DNA of 64,000 nt from the human T2T-CHM13v2.0 reference genome, Homo sapiens: the NCBI RefSeq assembly GCF_009914755.1, contig NC_060943.1; one strand, 5' to 3'. The number at the start of each line of letters is the position of its first letter. The stretch's first letter is position 1. Below, piece by piece: positions 15,294 through 29,214 of the stretch. Made by a program: the position numbers and the translations under genes. The notes under the pieces were generated by a model that saw nothing but the letters and a program-made list of their open reading frames with translations, was not told where the DNA came from and searched no databases.

Positions 15294-15592
15294 GCTGGGT
15301 GTGGTGGCTCATGCCTATAATCCCAGCACTTTGGAGGCTGAGGTGAGAGAATTGCTTGAGCCTAGAAGTTTGAGATTGGCCTGGCAACATAGTGAGACAC
15401 CATCTCTATACACACACAAAAATTAGCTGGGTCATGTTGGCTTGTGCCTGTGGTCCCAGCTACTTTGGGGGCTGAGGTGGGAGGATCATCTCAGCCTGGG
15501 AGTTTGAGGCTGCAGTGAGCCATAATTACACCACTGAACTCCAGCCTGGGTGACAGTAAGACCCTGTCTACAAAAAATGGAAAAAAAAAAAC
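15294..15592 (+). mobile_element. AluJ
   Basis: TTGCTTGAGCC..TTTGAGGCTGCAGTGAGCC J-type diagnostics. Confidence 0.9.
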
Positions 15593-15609
15593 AACTGATT
15601 CTATTGCAT

Positions 15610-16025
15610 GATCTCATTCCCAGCCCTTTGTGATTGGACAAAAGATGGGCACATGACCTGGGTGGGCCAATCAGAGTCTTCTCTGGGATTTTTCACACTG
15701 GGGCGGGTGGAGAAGAGTCCTGTCTGCTCTGGTTGTGGAGTGGAAGGACAGGAGTCTGTACACCCCCATCCTTGACCTGTGATGGGAGGCAAAAGTGATT
15801 TAAGTAGATGGAACATAGCCAAAGTCCATGTGCAGAGGAAAGTGAAAGGAACGGGAGAAAGACAGAGAGGGGGACTAGAGACCCGATAGCTTCCTGTGCC
15901 CTGACTTTGGGAAGGGCCAAGGAGAGCTCCATCCTGCTCCTTCACAGTGTGGTTGCTGGAGCCTATAGATCACTCTTCTGGCTTAAAGTAGGATATCATT
16001 GTTCTGTCCCTGATAACTGCAACAC
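15610..16025 (+). mobile_element. MLT1J/K-like old MaLR LTR
   Basis: TGATTGGACAAAAGATGGGCACATGACCTGGGTGGGCCAATCAGAGTCTTC. Confidence 0.55.
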
Positions 16026-16650
16026 AGAAACACTCAGAGCAAGTGGGAGAAAGAACACAGGGCCTGACATCATACTAAAACTTTCACTAAGAACAAACGG
16101 GGCTGAGAGGGCAAGGAAGGTCAGGCAGTCCAATTGCAAACAGGCACCAGCGAGCAGGTGGCTAGGATACCAATGTGCAGAGTCACAGTTTTCTCGAGGG
16201 TGTCAGAGGTTCAAATCCCAGCTTCCTTCCAGGCAGGGACGGCCAATGAGAAGTCAGCTGAAGTCATGGGACAGAACTTTCGGGAAAGTTCTGTCAAAGA
16301 GGAGAGGGGTTGATTGAGAGGACAGGCTCCTTTCTCTACACCCATCACTGCCAGACTCACCCCCCTCTCTCCCTTGCATCACACAGATTCATCGGAGAAT
16401 CAGGAACCTGAGGGTCCTTGCCCAAGACAAGCAGAGCTGCCAGGAGGAGGGAGACAGGATCCTCCATGCCAGTGGAGCTGCATACAGCTCTGGCTGCTCA
16501 CAGCTTTCATTACCTGAGGAAAAAATACGATGTTTTCATTCTTTTGTGTGTTTTTCTGTTATTTTGTTTTATTTAAGCCACTAATTTCCACGTCTTAACT
16601 ATTCAGGGCTGATAGAATTCCTAATTGACAGAGGACCCACGTCTGCCTGC

Positions 16651-17046
16651 TGTGTTAGTCCGCTCATGTGGCTATGAAGGATGCCTGAGGCTGGGTGATT
16701 GATAAAGAAAAGAGGTTTAATTGGCTCATGATTCCGCGGGCTGTACAAGCAGCACAGCACCAGCTTCTGCCCAGCTCCTGGTGAGGCCTCAAGAAGCTTC
16801 TCCTCATGGCAGAAGGCAGAGGGGAGCAGGCCTCACATGGTGTGAGAGGGAGCAGAGAGAGAGGAGGAGTGTCAGGCTTTCTAACAACCAGCTCTCCCAC
16901 AAACTAATCACCAGGAGGATGGCACCAAGCCATCCATGAGGGATCCACCCCCATGACCCAACGCCTCCCACCAGGCCCAACCTCCCACACTGGGGACCAC
17001 ATTTCAACATGAGATTTGGAGGGAACAAAGCATCCCAACCATGGCA
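16651..17046 (-). mobile_element. MSTB-like MaLR solo LTR
   Basis: TGTGTTAGTCCG..AAGAAAAGAGGTTTAATTGGCTCA..CACATTTCAACATGAGATTTGGAGGG. Confidence 0.88.
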
Positions 17047-17453
17047 GGTGACTTTTTGTGAGATGCCTTTTTCTCAAATGAAAATCTTTGCTTTCAGGAT
17101 CTCCATAAGAGATCCTTCTCCTAGGAGAAGGCCACGTCTTCTTTATGCCAAGGGTGAGCCCAGTGAGGATGAAAACCCCACTTGAACTGTGGTTCATGGG
17201 CCAGGGCCACGAGCTAGCAAGGGACACCCAGCCGGAGAAGCCTGGAGGCCTGCAGGACCCGCAGAGGGGCTCATGCTGGGGAAGTGATGTGCACGGGATC
17301 CTCCAGCTCTGAGAGACAGAAAGCATCCAGAGGCACTCCTGCATGTTCACTGCAGTCCCAAATCAGCTCCCTTGCCTCTCTAATCCCAAACCTGGCCAAG
17401 GGACTATGGGGGGTTCTTTGACTAATCCACTGTATCATTAGCTCCTTCCTTTC

Positions 17454-18415
17454 TGCGCTGGTTAATTTTATGTGTCTGCTTGACTGCTGTGGGGTGCCAA
17501 GACATTTGGTTTTATTAAACATTATTCTGGGTGTGTCTATGAATGCATTAGTCTGTTTTCACACCACTGATAAAGACATACCCCACGCTGAGTAATTTCT
17601 AAAGAAAAAGAGGTTTAATGGACTCACAGTTCCACGTGGCTGGAGAGGCCTCACAATCATGGCAGAAGGCAAAAGGCATGTCTTACATGGTGGCAGAGAA
17701 GAAAGAATGAGAGCCAAGCGAAAGTGAAAACCCCTTATCAAACCGTCAGATCTCATGAGACTTAATCACTAGCACGAGAACAGTATGGGGTAAACTGCCC
17801 CAAAATTCAATTATCTCCCACTGGGTCCCTCCCACAACATGTGGGAATTCGGAGAGCTACAATTCAAGATGAGATTTGGGTGGGGACACAGCCAAACCAT
17901 ATCAATGAGGGTGTTTCTAGATGAGATTCACATCAAAATGGATAGACAGGATAAAGCAGAGTTACTCAATGCGGCGGCAGTGGTCAGACGTGGGGGGTGC
18001 GGTGGGGGCAGGGCTCATGCAATTTGTTAAAGGCCTAAATACAATAAAAGGCTGAGTGAGAAAATATTCTTTCTCTCTGTCTGACTGTCTTAGAGCTGGG
18101 ATGTCTGTTGTATCCTGCCCTTGGACTTGCATTTGGACTGAAACTGATACCATCTGCTCTCCTAGTTCTCAGGCCCTTGGACTCACACTAGAGCTAAACC
18201 ATTGGCTCTGTTGGGTCTCCAGCTTGATAGCTGTAGGACTTGGACTTCTCAGCCTTTATAATCTGAGCCAATTCCTTATAGTAAATCTGAGCCAATAGTA
18301 AACAGGAGCTGATTCCCTATAGTAAATCTCTTTGTATATCCACGTGTCTACACCTATATCTATATTTATTTCTATGCTACTGGTTCCATTACTCTGGAGA
18401 AGCCAGGCTAATACA
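17454..18415 (+). mobile_element. MLT2 (ERVL) solo LTR split by THE1
   Basis: GGTTAATTTTATGTGTC..ATTATTCTGGGTGTGTCTATGA|GGGTGTTTCTAGATGAGATT..CTGGAGAAGCCAGGCTAATACA. Confidence 0.8.
17544..17904 (-). mobile_element. THE1C-like MaLR solo LTR
   Basis: CTGATAAAGACATACCC..GAGATTTGGGTGGGGACACAGCCAAACCATATCA; 5-bp TSD ATGAA/ATGAG. Confidence 0.9.
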
Positions 18416-19604
18416 CTCCCCAAGACAAAGGCCCAGATCAAAGGAGAATGGGGGCAGCACTCCCAGCAGAGCTCAGGCTGCTGCTTTTTACCAAGACCCC
18501 TGCCTTCAAAGAATCTGATCTTCAAATCTCACTGAGGGCTGAGGGTGTCGGAATTATTCACACAAGGGCATATCTTTCCAGTCTCACAAGGATTCAGACT
18601 TCTTATGTTTATTAAGACAAAAATCCTTTAAAAATAATAGTCTGTTAAGATTTGCTTCCAGTGCTCTGTTCCCCAGTGATGGCCCTAAAGACGTGCAGTA
18701 GAGAGAGAGGATCCTACAGGAAGATTCAGGGAACCAAAGATTGTCGCTGAAAGACCAGGCCCAGCTGGGAGCAGTTTTAATGCTTCTGTTTACAAGAAGG
18801 AACGAAGTTCAGAAAAGTTGCTTTTCTGTGCAAAAATGTCAGTGACTGTGAGCTCAGATGCAGGGGAGTGCAAAGTGGTTAATCAGTGTCACATAAAAAT
18901 AACAAAGACCCCTGGGGGCCCTTAACTCAAATTTTGCAAGTCATGCAGGATGAATGGAGAATTCTTCCTGGGCCTTTTTTAAAAAATCTGTTTTTAGTAG
19001 TGGGGAGGGGACAGTGGATGGGCAGGAAGAAGATTAATTATCTGTGATGAACAGATTGGCGAGGCCGGGATTCTTCCAACAGAACAAGCCTCATTCATGG
19101 GGTCCCTCGGAGGTCATCCTCCCAGTGCTCTCAGTGTGGGGGTGTGGGGTTTTCCACCTGCCCACCTCTAGGAGCTGAATGCTTCATGCAGAAAGCCAAC
19201 ACTTTAGCCCAGGGTCACCCCATGGCCGAGGACAGAGCCCCAGGCATCAGGGCTCTACATGAAGCAGACTGCCCCCCACCCCCACCATTTTCCCTTAGAC
19301 ATCTATGGTGTTGAATGTCACAGCATGAGCCTGTGCTGCTCCAGAAGATCACATGCCACCTGGGTGTCTGCCAGTGGACCTGGGCAGCCCACCCTCTGCT
19401 AGCACCTTGCCTGATCAGTCTTCCTGAGGGCTTTCTAGAAGGGGTCACATAGGAGCCAGACATGAAGCAAGGCTTGGTGGCAAGGCCCATTGTCCAGCAG
19501 CCCCTGCCTTGTCCCTCAGCTCCGAGGTGTCTGTAATATTGTGGGACTGCTCCAGGCATGGGTTCAACCTTATGGCACAAAGCCTATAAGCCTCAGGGCA
19601 CTCC

Positions 19605-20370
19605 ACGCAGGACTAGGTTTCCCAGGGAACAGGCTCTGAGATGGAGAGAAGCAGTCACGATGCTTACTAGAAGATGCTATTGGGATCAATATCTGTTGGA
19701 TGCAGGGGAAAGAAGCAGGATTAGGCAGAGGGAGAGGGAGATATCCGGCTGGGATTGGGACCAACAAAGACTGCAGCCGCCTTGCAGGGAGCTTTGGAGC
19801 TTCAGTGGCCCTGCAGAGATGCTCCTGATGGGGGAGGGGCTGAAACTTTATAGCCTTCATTGACCAGTTATTGGGAAGCCTATGTCACCTTGGGTGTGGC
19901 TTTTTTTTTTCTTTTTCTGTAATTTTTATTTATTTATTTATTTAAGAGACAGAGTCTCGCTGTGTCACCTGGGCTGGAGTGCAGTGATGCGATCATAGCT
20001 CACTGCAGCCTCTACCTCCTGAGCTCAAGTCATCCTCCTGGCTCAGCTTCCTGAGTAGCTGGGACTACAGATGCACATCACTACACCTGGATAATTTATT
20101 TATCGATGTATTTTTTAGAGACGGGGTCTTGCTATGTTGCCTAGGCTGGTCTTGAACTCCTGAGCTCAAGCGATCCTTCTTCCTCAGGCTCCCAAAGTCC
20201 TAGGATTACAAGTGTGAGCCACTGCACCTGGCTGAGGCTGTTTTCTTCAGCAAAAATACTATACAAAGCACAGCTGAGGGCCATCTTCTGCTGTCCTCCA
20301 ACAGCTTGGGAATAAATCCTTGGCTGTTGAAAGGGGTCTGGGTTGCATATACAGTGTCCCCTCACCCTCC
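19605..20370 (-). mobile_element. LTR33-like ERVL solo LTR split by AluJ
   Basis: GGCTCTGAGATGGAG..GAAGCAGGATTAGGCAGAGGGAGA..TTGGGAATAAATCCTT. Confidence 0.6.
19901..20233 (-). mobile_element. AluJ
   Basis: GATCATAGCTCACTGCAGCC..GGGGTCTTGCTATGTTGCC. Confidence 0.9.
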
Positions 20371-20565
20371 CTAGGCCCTAGCTCCAGGAATTCTGTGAAT
20401 GCTCTCTTGGGCTCCAGCTCTAGGCCCAGGAGTCCTCTGCCACAATGACCATACTCTAAGCTTGAGCTAAAACACGTAAGATAAACCATACTTTACCAAA
20501 GGTGGGATTGTGATGAAAGAAGGAGAAGAGGACACTAGCTGTGAAAGGAAAGCTGGATGTTCTAA

Positions 20566-20940
<375 letters not shown>

Positions 20941-21970
20941 TTATTTTACTTTATTTTTAATGCACCTAACTAACAGTGAAACAGATAAAGTCTTGAGTCC
21001 ACGGGTCAGTCTGGGTGAGACTTGCCCACTCTCTCGACATTTCACCTTCTTTCATGGCAACATTCTGGTGGACAAACCTCACATTAGACATACGCTAAGG
21101 CTTCAACCCTGAGCATAGCCCATTCTCCAAAATCAGCCCCACCCACTGACCCCACTGGGTATGCGATCGCCTGTGTGACCTCCTAGCAATGAGTGATTGG
21201 ATGAGAGGCGAGCGCTGGCCTCACAGGCATGTGAGCTGGGTTAGTCCATCCCCTCTGCTACAATCCACAAGGGGCTGGTGAAGACTGGGTCACTTGGCAG
21301 TGGGACCCGCAGCAGAACAGTAATGACCTAGAAAGGACCCAGCACAGGCCACCGCTTGGGGTACGAGTGAGCAGAGGAGCATCCCAGCAGAGAAAAGGAA
21401 GCTTAAGTTCACAGCCGGCTGGCAAGGCGGGAAAGCTGGGAGCAGCAGCTGCTGACCAGCCAGCTTCCTGGACACAGGTGCCTGGCACTGAGCTCTCCAA
21501 GAAACTTGCCCTCATGGGAGGTGGCCAGGGTGGGCAAAGGGTGAATTCTGGCTGACGGGACTTGAGGAATTGCCAGGGGCTTCAGATAATCATTTCTTCT
21601 TTGGTTAAAAAAGAAAGACAGCTGTGTCCTTTAGTCCTTCCTGCTTGTAGATACAGAATATTCAGATCTCCAGTAGCCATTCTGCAACCATGAGGCGAGA
21701 TGGAGAGAACCCCAAGGAATGAATTTGGCAGACTCCGAGCTTCTAAAATCCCACAAACATCCTGCTTTTATATTTACCACCCTAATAGAAAAGCGCAGTC
21801 CTGTCACTGAAGTCACTGCCATCCCAGGAGCCTTGACTTACAACCAAATACTTCCTCGCAGAACAGGAGCAAGGATGGCTACCAGGGACAGCAATAAGCG
21901 CAGTTTCAGGAGCCCCATCCTCGAGTCGGTTTCATGGGGAGAATGTCAAAGAAGGGCTGGTGCAGAAGCA

Positions 21971-22221
21971 TGTTCAGCAGTTTCCTCAGGCTGCCACGGC
22001 AGATACATACCACAAACCAGACACTTGGACAAATATATTCTCTTATAGCCCCAGAGACCAGGAGTCCAAAATCCACAGGTGTCAGCTGGGCCATGCTCCC
22101 TTTGAAGGTTCCAGGGGAGAATCCCTGGCCTCTTCCAGCTCCTGGGGGCCCCAGGCATTCCTTGGCCTGTGGAAACATCACTTGAGTCTGGGCCTCTGTC
22201 TTCACATGGCCTTCTCGTGTA

Positions 22222-22266
<45 letters not shown>

Positions 22267-22423
22267 TCTTCTTAGAAGGACACCAGCCATTGGATTTTGG
22301 GCCCACCCTAATCCAGTATGACCTCATCTTAATTAACGTGCAGACCCTATTTCTAAGTAAAGTCACATTCTGAGGTTCGTGGTGGATATGAATTTTGGGG
22401 GATACTATTCAACTCTCCAAACA
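21971..22423 (-). mobile_element. MLT1C-like MaLR solo LTR containing (TG)n
   Basis: GGCTGCC..ACCACAAAC..GGGCCATGCTCCC..GGGCCCACCCTAATCCAGTATGACCTCATCTTAA. Confidence 0.85.
22217..22264. repeat. (TG)n microsatellite
   Basis: About 48 bp GT run with two interruptions. Confidence 0.95.
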
Positions 22424-23149
22424 TGGATGACTATTTCCAGGTCAGTGTGAGGCCCACTGCTGGTATTTTCTAAATCACTCAGAGAAGAAAGTTTTCAGAG
22501 AACCGAGGTCCTGCCAGGAGCCAGTGAGGTCTGAATTACTGTTGTTTAGAAAACCAGAAAACCTGCTCTGACCAGAGTGCTCTGAGTCCTGGAGAAACGC
22601 AGGTGCCTGCAGCATTGAGCGCAACGCAGGTGTGTTTTCAGGACTAATGAATACCTGCAAATGCCACCAAGATCTTGGAGACATAATTTCTGCTCAGTCA
22701 CACAAGAAAACCAGACTGCAAAAGGAACAGGGCCTCGAGGCATTAAGGGAGAGTTAATGGTACCAGGAGGTCTGCAAGGGTCGCTGTTGAATATCATTCT
22801 CAACGAGCTGGTGGGAATTCACATGTCTCAGGCACCGCACAGAACAGCCATGGGCTTGCCTCTCCTCTTTCCGAGCAGTGAAGAAGCAGAGGGGCCTTCA
22901 GGGAGACAGAGCTGCCTGGGGCCCATTGACATTAAATAGAAGAAAATTTGCATCTTGGCCGAAAGAAAACCACCATGCCTTAGGCTGTGAATAAAAGCAC
23001 CCAGTCTGCACCCACACAATTTAGCAGCAGGTTGGAGACCCAAACGCCTAGAATTCCTTGGACTACTATGCAAGTGGCCCTGGCCAGAAGACATTGAAGA
23101 ATGAGAGTTGGCTCAGGGCTTCAGAGGGTGTCAACCCATCATGACCATG

Positions 23150-23265
23150 CTCTTTTTACAAAAGGAAGACCCAAGACCAGCAGAGAGGAGGCGGTAGGCT
23201 GCGGTCATTGAGTCGGCCCACAGCAGAACCAAGTGGAGCTGGGACCATGTCTCTGCACTCGGGCC
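23150..23265 (-). mobile_element. MIR fragment
   Basis: TTTTACAAAAGGAAGACCCAAGACCAGCAGAGAGG..CACAGCAG. Confidence 0.5.
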
Positions 23266-23284
23266 ACAAGTTTCCCTTTGTGCA

Positions 23285-23558
23285 TTTTTTTTTTTTTTGA
23301 GACAGAGTCTTGCTCTGTCCTCTAAACTGAAGTGCAGTGGTGCTCACCGTAGCCTCGGACTTTTGGGATCAAGCAATCTTCCCAAGGAGCTGGAAGTACA
23401 GGCACATGCCACCTTACACGGCTGATATGTTTATTTTCTGTAAAGACGGGGTCTTGCTATGTTGCCCAAGCTGGTCTGGAACTCCTGGCATCAAATGATC
23501 CTCCCGGCTCAGCCTCTCAAAATGCTGTGATTACAGACATGAGCCACCGCACCCAGCC
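23285..23558 (-). mobile_element. AluJ with internal deletions
   Basis: GAGACAGAGTCTTGCTCTG..ATGAGCCACCGCACCCAGCC. Confidence 0.88.
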
Positions 23559-24517
23559 TGTTTCCCTTCTGAAGGAAAGTGAGACATATCCAGCCCTGTA
23601 ATATTCCTAGACTGGGTAACAGTCCTCACAGTCCTCTTTCTGTCCTGTAGAGATTTTCCCCAAAATAATGCCCAGGAGCTTCCTGACTATCTGCCAACTG
23701 TCACTCTTGTCATTTGAGGCCCGGGGATTTTGGGGACGTTTCTGAGGTTCACTGTCACTTTCCCATGGCCTGCACAGCCAAAATGCAAACATAGCCAAAG
23801 CCAGAAGCCAAGGATATAGTGACAGGACGTTCTCACCAGGGACGTACCTGAGCAAATGACGTCCATCAGCCCAGCTCACAGAGACGCCTGAGGCTCAATT
23901 TTGTCCGGAGCCCAGAGAAAGGCTGGGTCTTGAGGGGCAGTGCCTGTTGGGTGGGAGCGCCTCATCCAGCTTTCTCATTTCAGGTGGGTAATTCTGAGCC
24001 CAAGAGGAATCTGAAATTCAAGACAAAGCTTCCAAGAGCAATGCACTGTCTTCATTGTCTTCTTGACTCTTGATGGGATTATCTTATTTATTTTTGATGG
24101 GATTCACTGCCCAGAGTGTTAGAAATAGAAAATCAAAGACAGAGGTGTGAATCAGAGCCGTGCTGTGGTTTTCTTACTCGCCTGTGATCAGGTGTGTGCA
24201 CCTAGATCACTAAATGGAACTGTGTCCCGCCCCACCGCTGCTGGCTCCCAGCCAGAAGCCTACATATCCCCAGGGCAGGACAGAGGTGGTACAGCTGGGG
24301 GCAACTGGCTAGATTCCTTACATATACCCTCACTGAGTATCAACCTCATAGGGAAACTGTGAGACTGAGTTTCCTTCTTTTAAAGTAAGGGAACAATGAG
24401 ATCATACTTGCTCATAATTAACTCAACATTTGTTAATTAAGAAGCCAGACCTAAGCTACAGGGTGGGAAGAGACTGGGAAGTGAGAAACCAACTGGCCCT
24501 TGACTTTACAGAGCTTT

Positions 24518-25198
24518 GTTTTTTTTCAACTTTTATTTTAGATTCAAGGGGTATATGTGCAGGTTTGTTACATGAGTAAATTGGGTGTCACCGAGGTTTG
24601 GGGTACAAATGATCCCATCACCCAGGTATTAAGCATAGTACTCAATAGGTAGTTTTTCAATCCTCACCCTCCTCCCCTCCACACCCTCAAGTAGGCCCTG
24701 GTGTCTGATGCTGCCATCTCTGTGTCCACATGCGCTCACTGTGTAACTCCCACTTATAAGAGAAAACATGTGGTCTTGGGTTTTCTGTTTCTGTATTAAT
24801 TTGCTGAGGATAATGACCTCCAGCTGCATCCATGTGTCTGGAAAGGACATGATTTCATGCTTTTATATGGTTGTGTAGTATTCCATGGTGATATGTACCA
24901 TATTTTCTTCATCCAGCTCACTGCTGATTGGCACCTGGGTTGATTCCATGTCTTTGCTATTGTGAATAGTGCTATGATGAAGAAACTAGTGCATGTGTCT
25001 TTAGGGTGGAAGGATTTGTTTTCTTTTCAATTATATACCTAGTAATAGGATTGCTGGGAAGAATGGCAGTGCCAAGTTCCTTGAGAAATCTCCAAACAGC
25101 TCTTCACCATGGCTGAACTAATTTACATTCCCACCAGCAGTATATAAGCATTCCCTTTTCTCCATAGCCTCGCCAGCATCTGTTATTTTTTTACTTTG
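24518..25198 (-). mobile_element. L1 3' end (L1PA15/16-L1PB4-like) inserted in an L2
   Basis: GTGCAGGTTTGTTACATG..CTCCAGCTGCATCCATG; TSD TTTACAGAGCTTT (24505-24517, 25199-25211). Confidence 0.9.
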
Positions 25199-25762
25199 TT
25201 TACAGAGCTTTTGCATAAGAGAGAGATAGGATACAATCACAATAGCAAATGGGAAATTGCAACTGTGGTCAGGGCCATGACAGAGAGGAAGATTAGCAAC
25301 TTCTTCTACAAGAGGCCCATGTGTGATGTGACCCAGTCAAGGAAGTCAAAGTGACCTTCAAGTTGAAGCAGGAATGGTGAGTTAGAGATTACTTGGCAAG
25401 GAAGGAAGGGAAGGACACTCCAAGCAAAGGAACAGCAAGGCTCGGGAGGATGCGGTAAGTGCAAAGATGGATGCAGGGCAGTGGGGCTGGGGGGCAGGGG
25501 TCGGTTGGTGGGCGAGATGGCCAAGGTGAGCGGCTCTGTCCATGCAGGCAGCAATGGAAAGCGATGGAAACCTCATGAGTAGATATTGATCCGATTGGCT
25601 CATGCTTCGAAATAAATAAAGCAAAAGAAATGTTGGGGGTGAGGGCAGCACACAGGGCCTGCAAGGAGGCTCTGTTGATGGTCCAGGTGACAGAGAACTT
25701 GAAATGCAGGATCACACAGGTAGTAGGAGCCAAAGCCTGGACTCAAGCTACAGCCTAGGACC

Positions 25763-26412
25763 ACTTATCCACTGCTGATGGGAACGCACATCGGCTCAGC
25801 CAGCAGTTCACATATTTCTTAAAGAACTAAAAATCAAACTACCATCTGACCCAGCAATCTCATGACTGGTATAGACCTGAAGGAATATAAATCATCCTAC
25901 CACAAAAGACACCTGCACTCATGTGTTTACCACAGCACCATTCACAACAGCAAAGGCATGGAATCAACCCATGTGCCTATCAATGGTGAGCTGGATAAAG
26001 AAATTGTGGTACATACACATCACGGAATACTATGCAGCCATAAAAAAAGAACAAAATCATGTCCTTTGCAGAAACATGGATGCAGCTGGAGGCCATTATC
26101 CTAAGAGGATTAACACAGAAATAGAAAAACAAACACTGCATGTTCTCACTGACAAGTGGGAGCTGAACATTGAACACACATGGACACAAAGATGGAAACA
26201 ACAGACACTGGGGACACCCAGAGGAGAGAGAGAGAGAGAGGGAGAGGGCAGGGGCTGGAAAATCTACCTATTGGGTACTATGCTCACTAACTGGGTGATG
26301 GGATCAATCGTACCCCAAACCTCAGCATCACACAATACACTCATGTAACAAATGTACACAGGTACCCACCAAAGTTAAAATAAAAGTTGAAATAAAATTT
26401 AAATTAAAAACA
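25763..26412 (+). mobile_element. L1 3' end (similar L1PA16/L1PB4-like type)
   Basis: GGATAAAGAAATTGTGGTACATAC..TGCAGCTGGAGGCCATTATCCTAAG..CCAAACCTCAGCATCACACAATA. Confidence 0.9.
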
Positions 26413-26505
26413 AAGCCAAAGCTAGACCCACTGCACTCAGCCTCGTAGGTGAGTGTCTTAACCACATCAGGAACTCCTTGAGGCTTGCTTTGGAAAGAAT
26501 CTCCA

Positions 26506-27024
<519 letters not shown>

Positions 27025-27810
27025 TCAGCCTCAATAGCCCACTGCTCCTTCAGTCCTGCGAGGTGAAGACACAACTTCCACATACCACATTGTCTAGAGA
27101 AACAACTAAATTACTAGTTTTAAGCAAAACTGGAAATCAACACCTATCCCTAGGTTTCTGGAGCTAAATGGGCTCAGAGATGTGGATGACAGAGTACAAG
27201 TCAAAACTCCATGCTGTAAAATACTGCACGCTTTTTATAAATGTTAATTGGTTAGAGTATCATAATTTTTACACACATGTAAATAAGGTTAATGAATTTT
27301 ATTCCACACAGATGATTTAAACTATAAAACAATCAAATTACTTTTCAGGTAATACTTTGGGCCCAAATGAAATAAAATTTCAAGTCATTATAACTTTAGA
27401 AAAAGAAACTAATTTGAATATGTGATTTAGATCCATTAAAAGTCTTCTCAACTTTAAATAGTGATAATAGAAATCAGAAAAGCTCGAGAGTGGTTAAGAT
27501 TAATTAAGAGTGAATGCATTTGGGAAAAGGAAATTATGAGGCTATGATTTTAGAATGCAAATGAGGTCAAGAAGTTTAAACTAATGTGCATCTATATAAA
27601 CACAGCCTCAATAAAGGAAAAATATTTCATTACAAGGGTTTATAAGTACTGTATTCTCTACTTCTTGTTACATGAGTAGCAACAAATTGATAAACAGCAA
27701 CCTGTTGTCAGCTAATTACAGCACCCTTGTGGCTGCCAATAGTTAAGCTGGTACGAAATTAGAAATCTTGATTTTCAAAGTTCTATGCAGCCTGGTTTCT
27801 TTCCTTATGA

Positions 27811-28681
27811 TGTAGGCAGTGCTGGTGACCCACTCAATCCTTTGAATCCTTTTGTAGTAGCCCATCTTCTATTTCGTGGGCTTGGTTACAAAAGGCCCCC
27901 ACCTGCAAGGGTCTTCAGGCGCTTTCTCTTGGGCTACCAGAGCCACCTCCTCCAAGCAGACAGCCAGGAACGCCTGGAAGCTATGCTCCCCACCTCCACT
28001 CCTCATCCTGGTTAATCACTGGTATGAGCTTGCAAAGCCCACCTTCCTTGCCTTGAGGTGGCAGAAACTCGGGTATATTTAGACTCCAGAGCACAGGATC
28101 AGGCTATGTGTAGGACCTTGCCCTGAAATTGCAACACTGCAGCTGGACCTGTGTTAGGGTCCCTCGAAGTAGACCCTGAGAGGAGGATTTTTATGAAACT
28201 CTTTTACAGAGAACACTTTCTGATGAAATGTGTGCAGAAGTGGGGAAAGCAAGGAGGAGCAGTGAAGAGGCAGGCAAAGATGTAGTTTCCTCTGAAGTCT
28301 GGCCTCAGCCTGATCACAGAGGGTGCTCTGGGAAGGGAGGGGAGACAGTACCGTCCAGTTGTCCCACTTGAGGGTACGGGGTGCTCTTTCATATTCCCAT
28401 ATCAGTTAGCCCTTGGCTATGGGCCAATCCTGGGAAATATAAACTTTGTTAACCCAAGGTGATTCTCTAGAGAATGGTGAGTCACCAGCAGCCCAGACTC
28501 AGCAACCGAGGGATCTGCTCCCAGCTCAGTGAAGACAAGCTGGGCGCTCACGGCCTCTGCTCAGTGTTCCCCATTCCCGATCCTGCTCCTCTCTAGCCTG
28601 CCCTTTCTCTTTCCTCTCTCCTTGAAAACTCACTTGTACCTGAATCCCAGGCACAGCTTCAGAAAAACCCAACCTAGGACA
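27811..28681 (+). mobile_element. LTR16-like solo LTR, interrupted by an opposite-strand ERVL LTR (about 28150-28520)
   Basis: TGTAGGCAGTGCTG start, AACCCAACCTAGGACA end; inner TGTGTTAGGGTCCC..AGACCCTGAGA..GGCCTCAGCCTGATC resembles reverse LTR67/LTR33. Confidence 0.5.
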
Positions 28682-28754
28682 CCCTCCTGCTCTAAGGATC
28701 AAGAACTGCACTGCGTTTGATGCCACAGCTTTCCTTAACCTGAAAGCTGCTGTT

Positions 28755-29003
<249 letters not shown>

Positions 29004-29158
29004 CTTTCTGAGTCCATGTGAGGGAACAGCATTTGTAGGACGGGGCTCCTGCAGCTCCTTCCAGCCTAATATCCAGGTTCCATTCTTCTAGTAACAGTGA
29101 CCTGATTTTTCTCTGTGGAACCAGACTTCTGTCAATCTAAAAAGTTTGTGAGCATACA

Positions 29159-29160
<2 letters not shown>

Positions 29161-29209
<49 letters not shown>
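29161..29209. repeat. (CA)24 perfect microsatellite
   Basis: Uninterrupted CA run. Confidence 0.97.
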
Positions 29210-29212
<3 letters not shown>

Positions 29213-29214
29213 TC

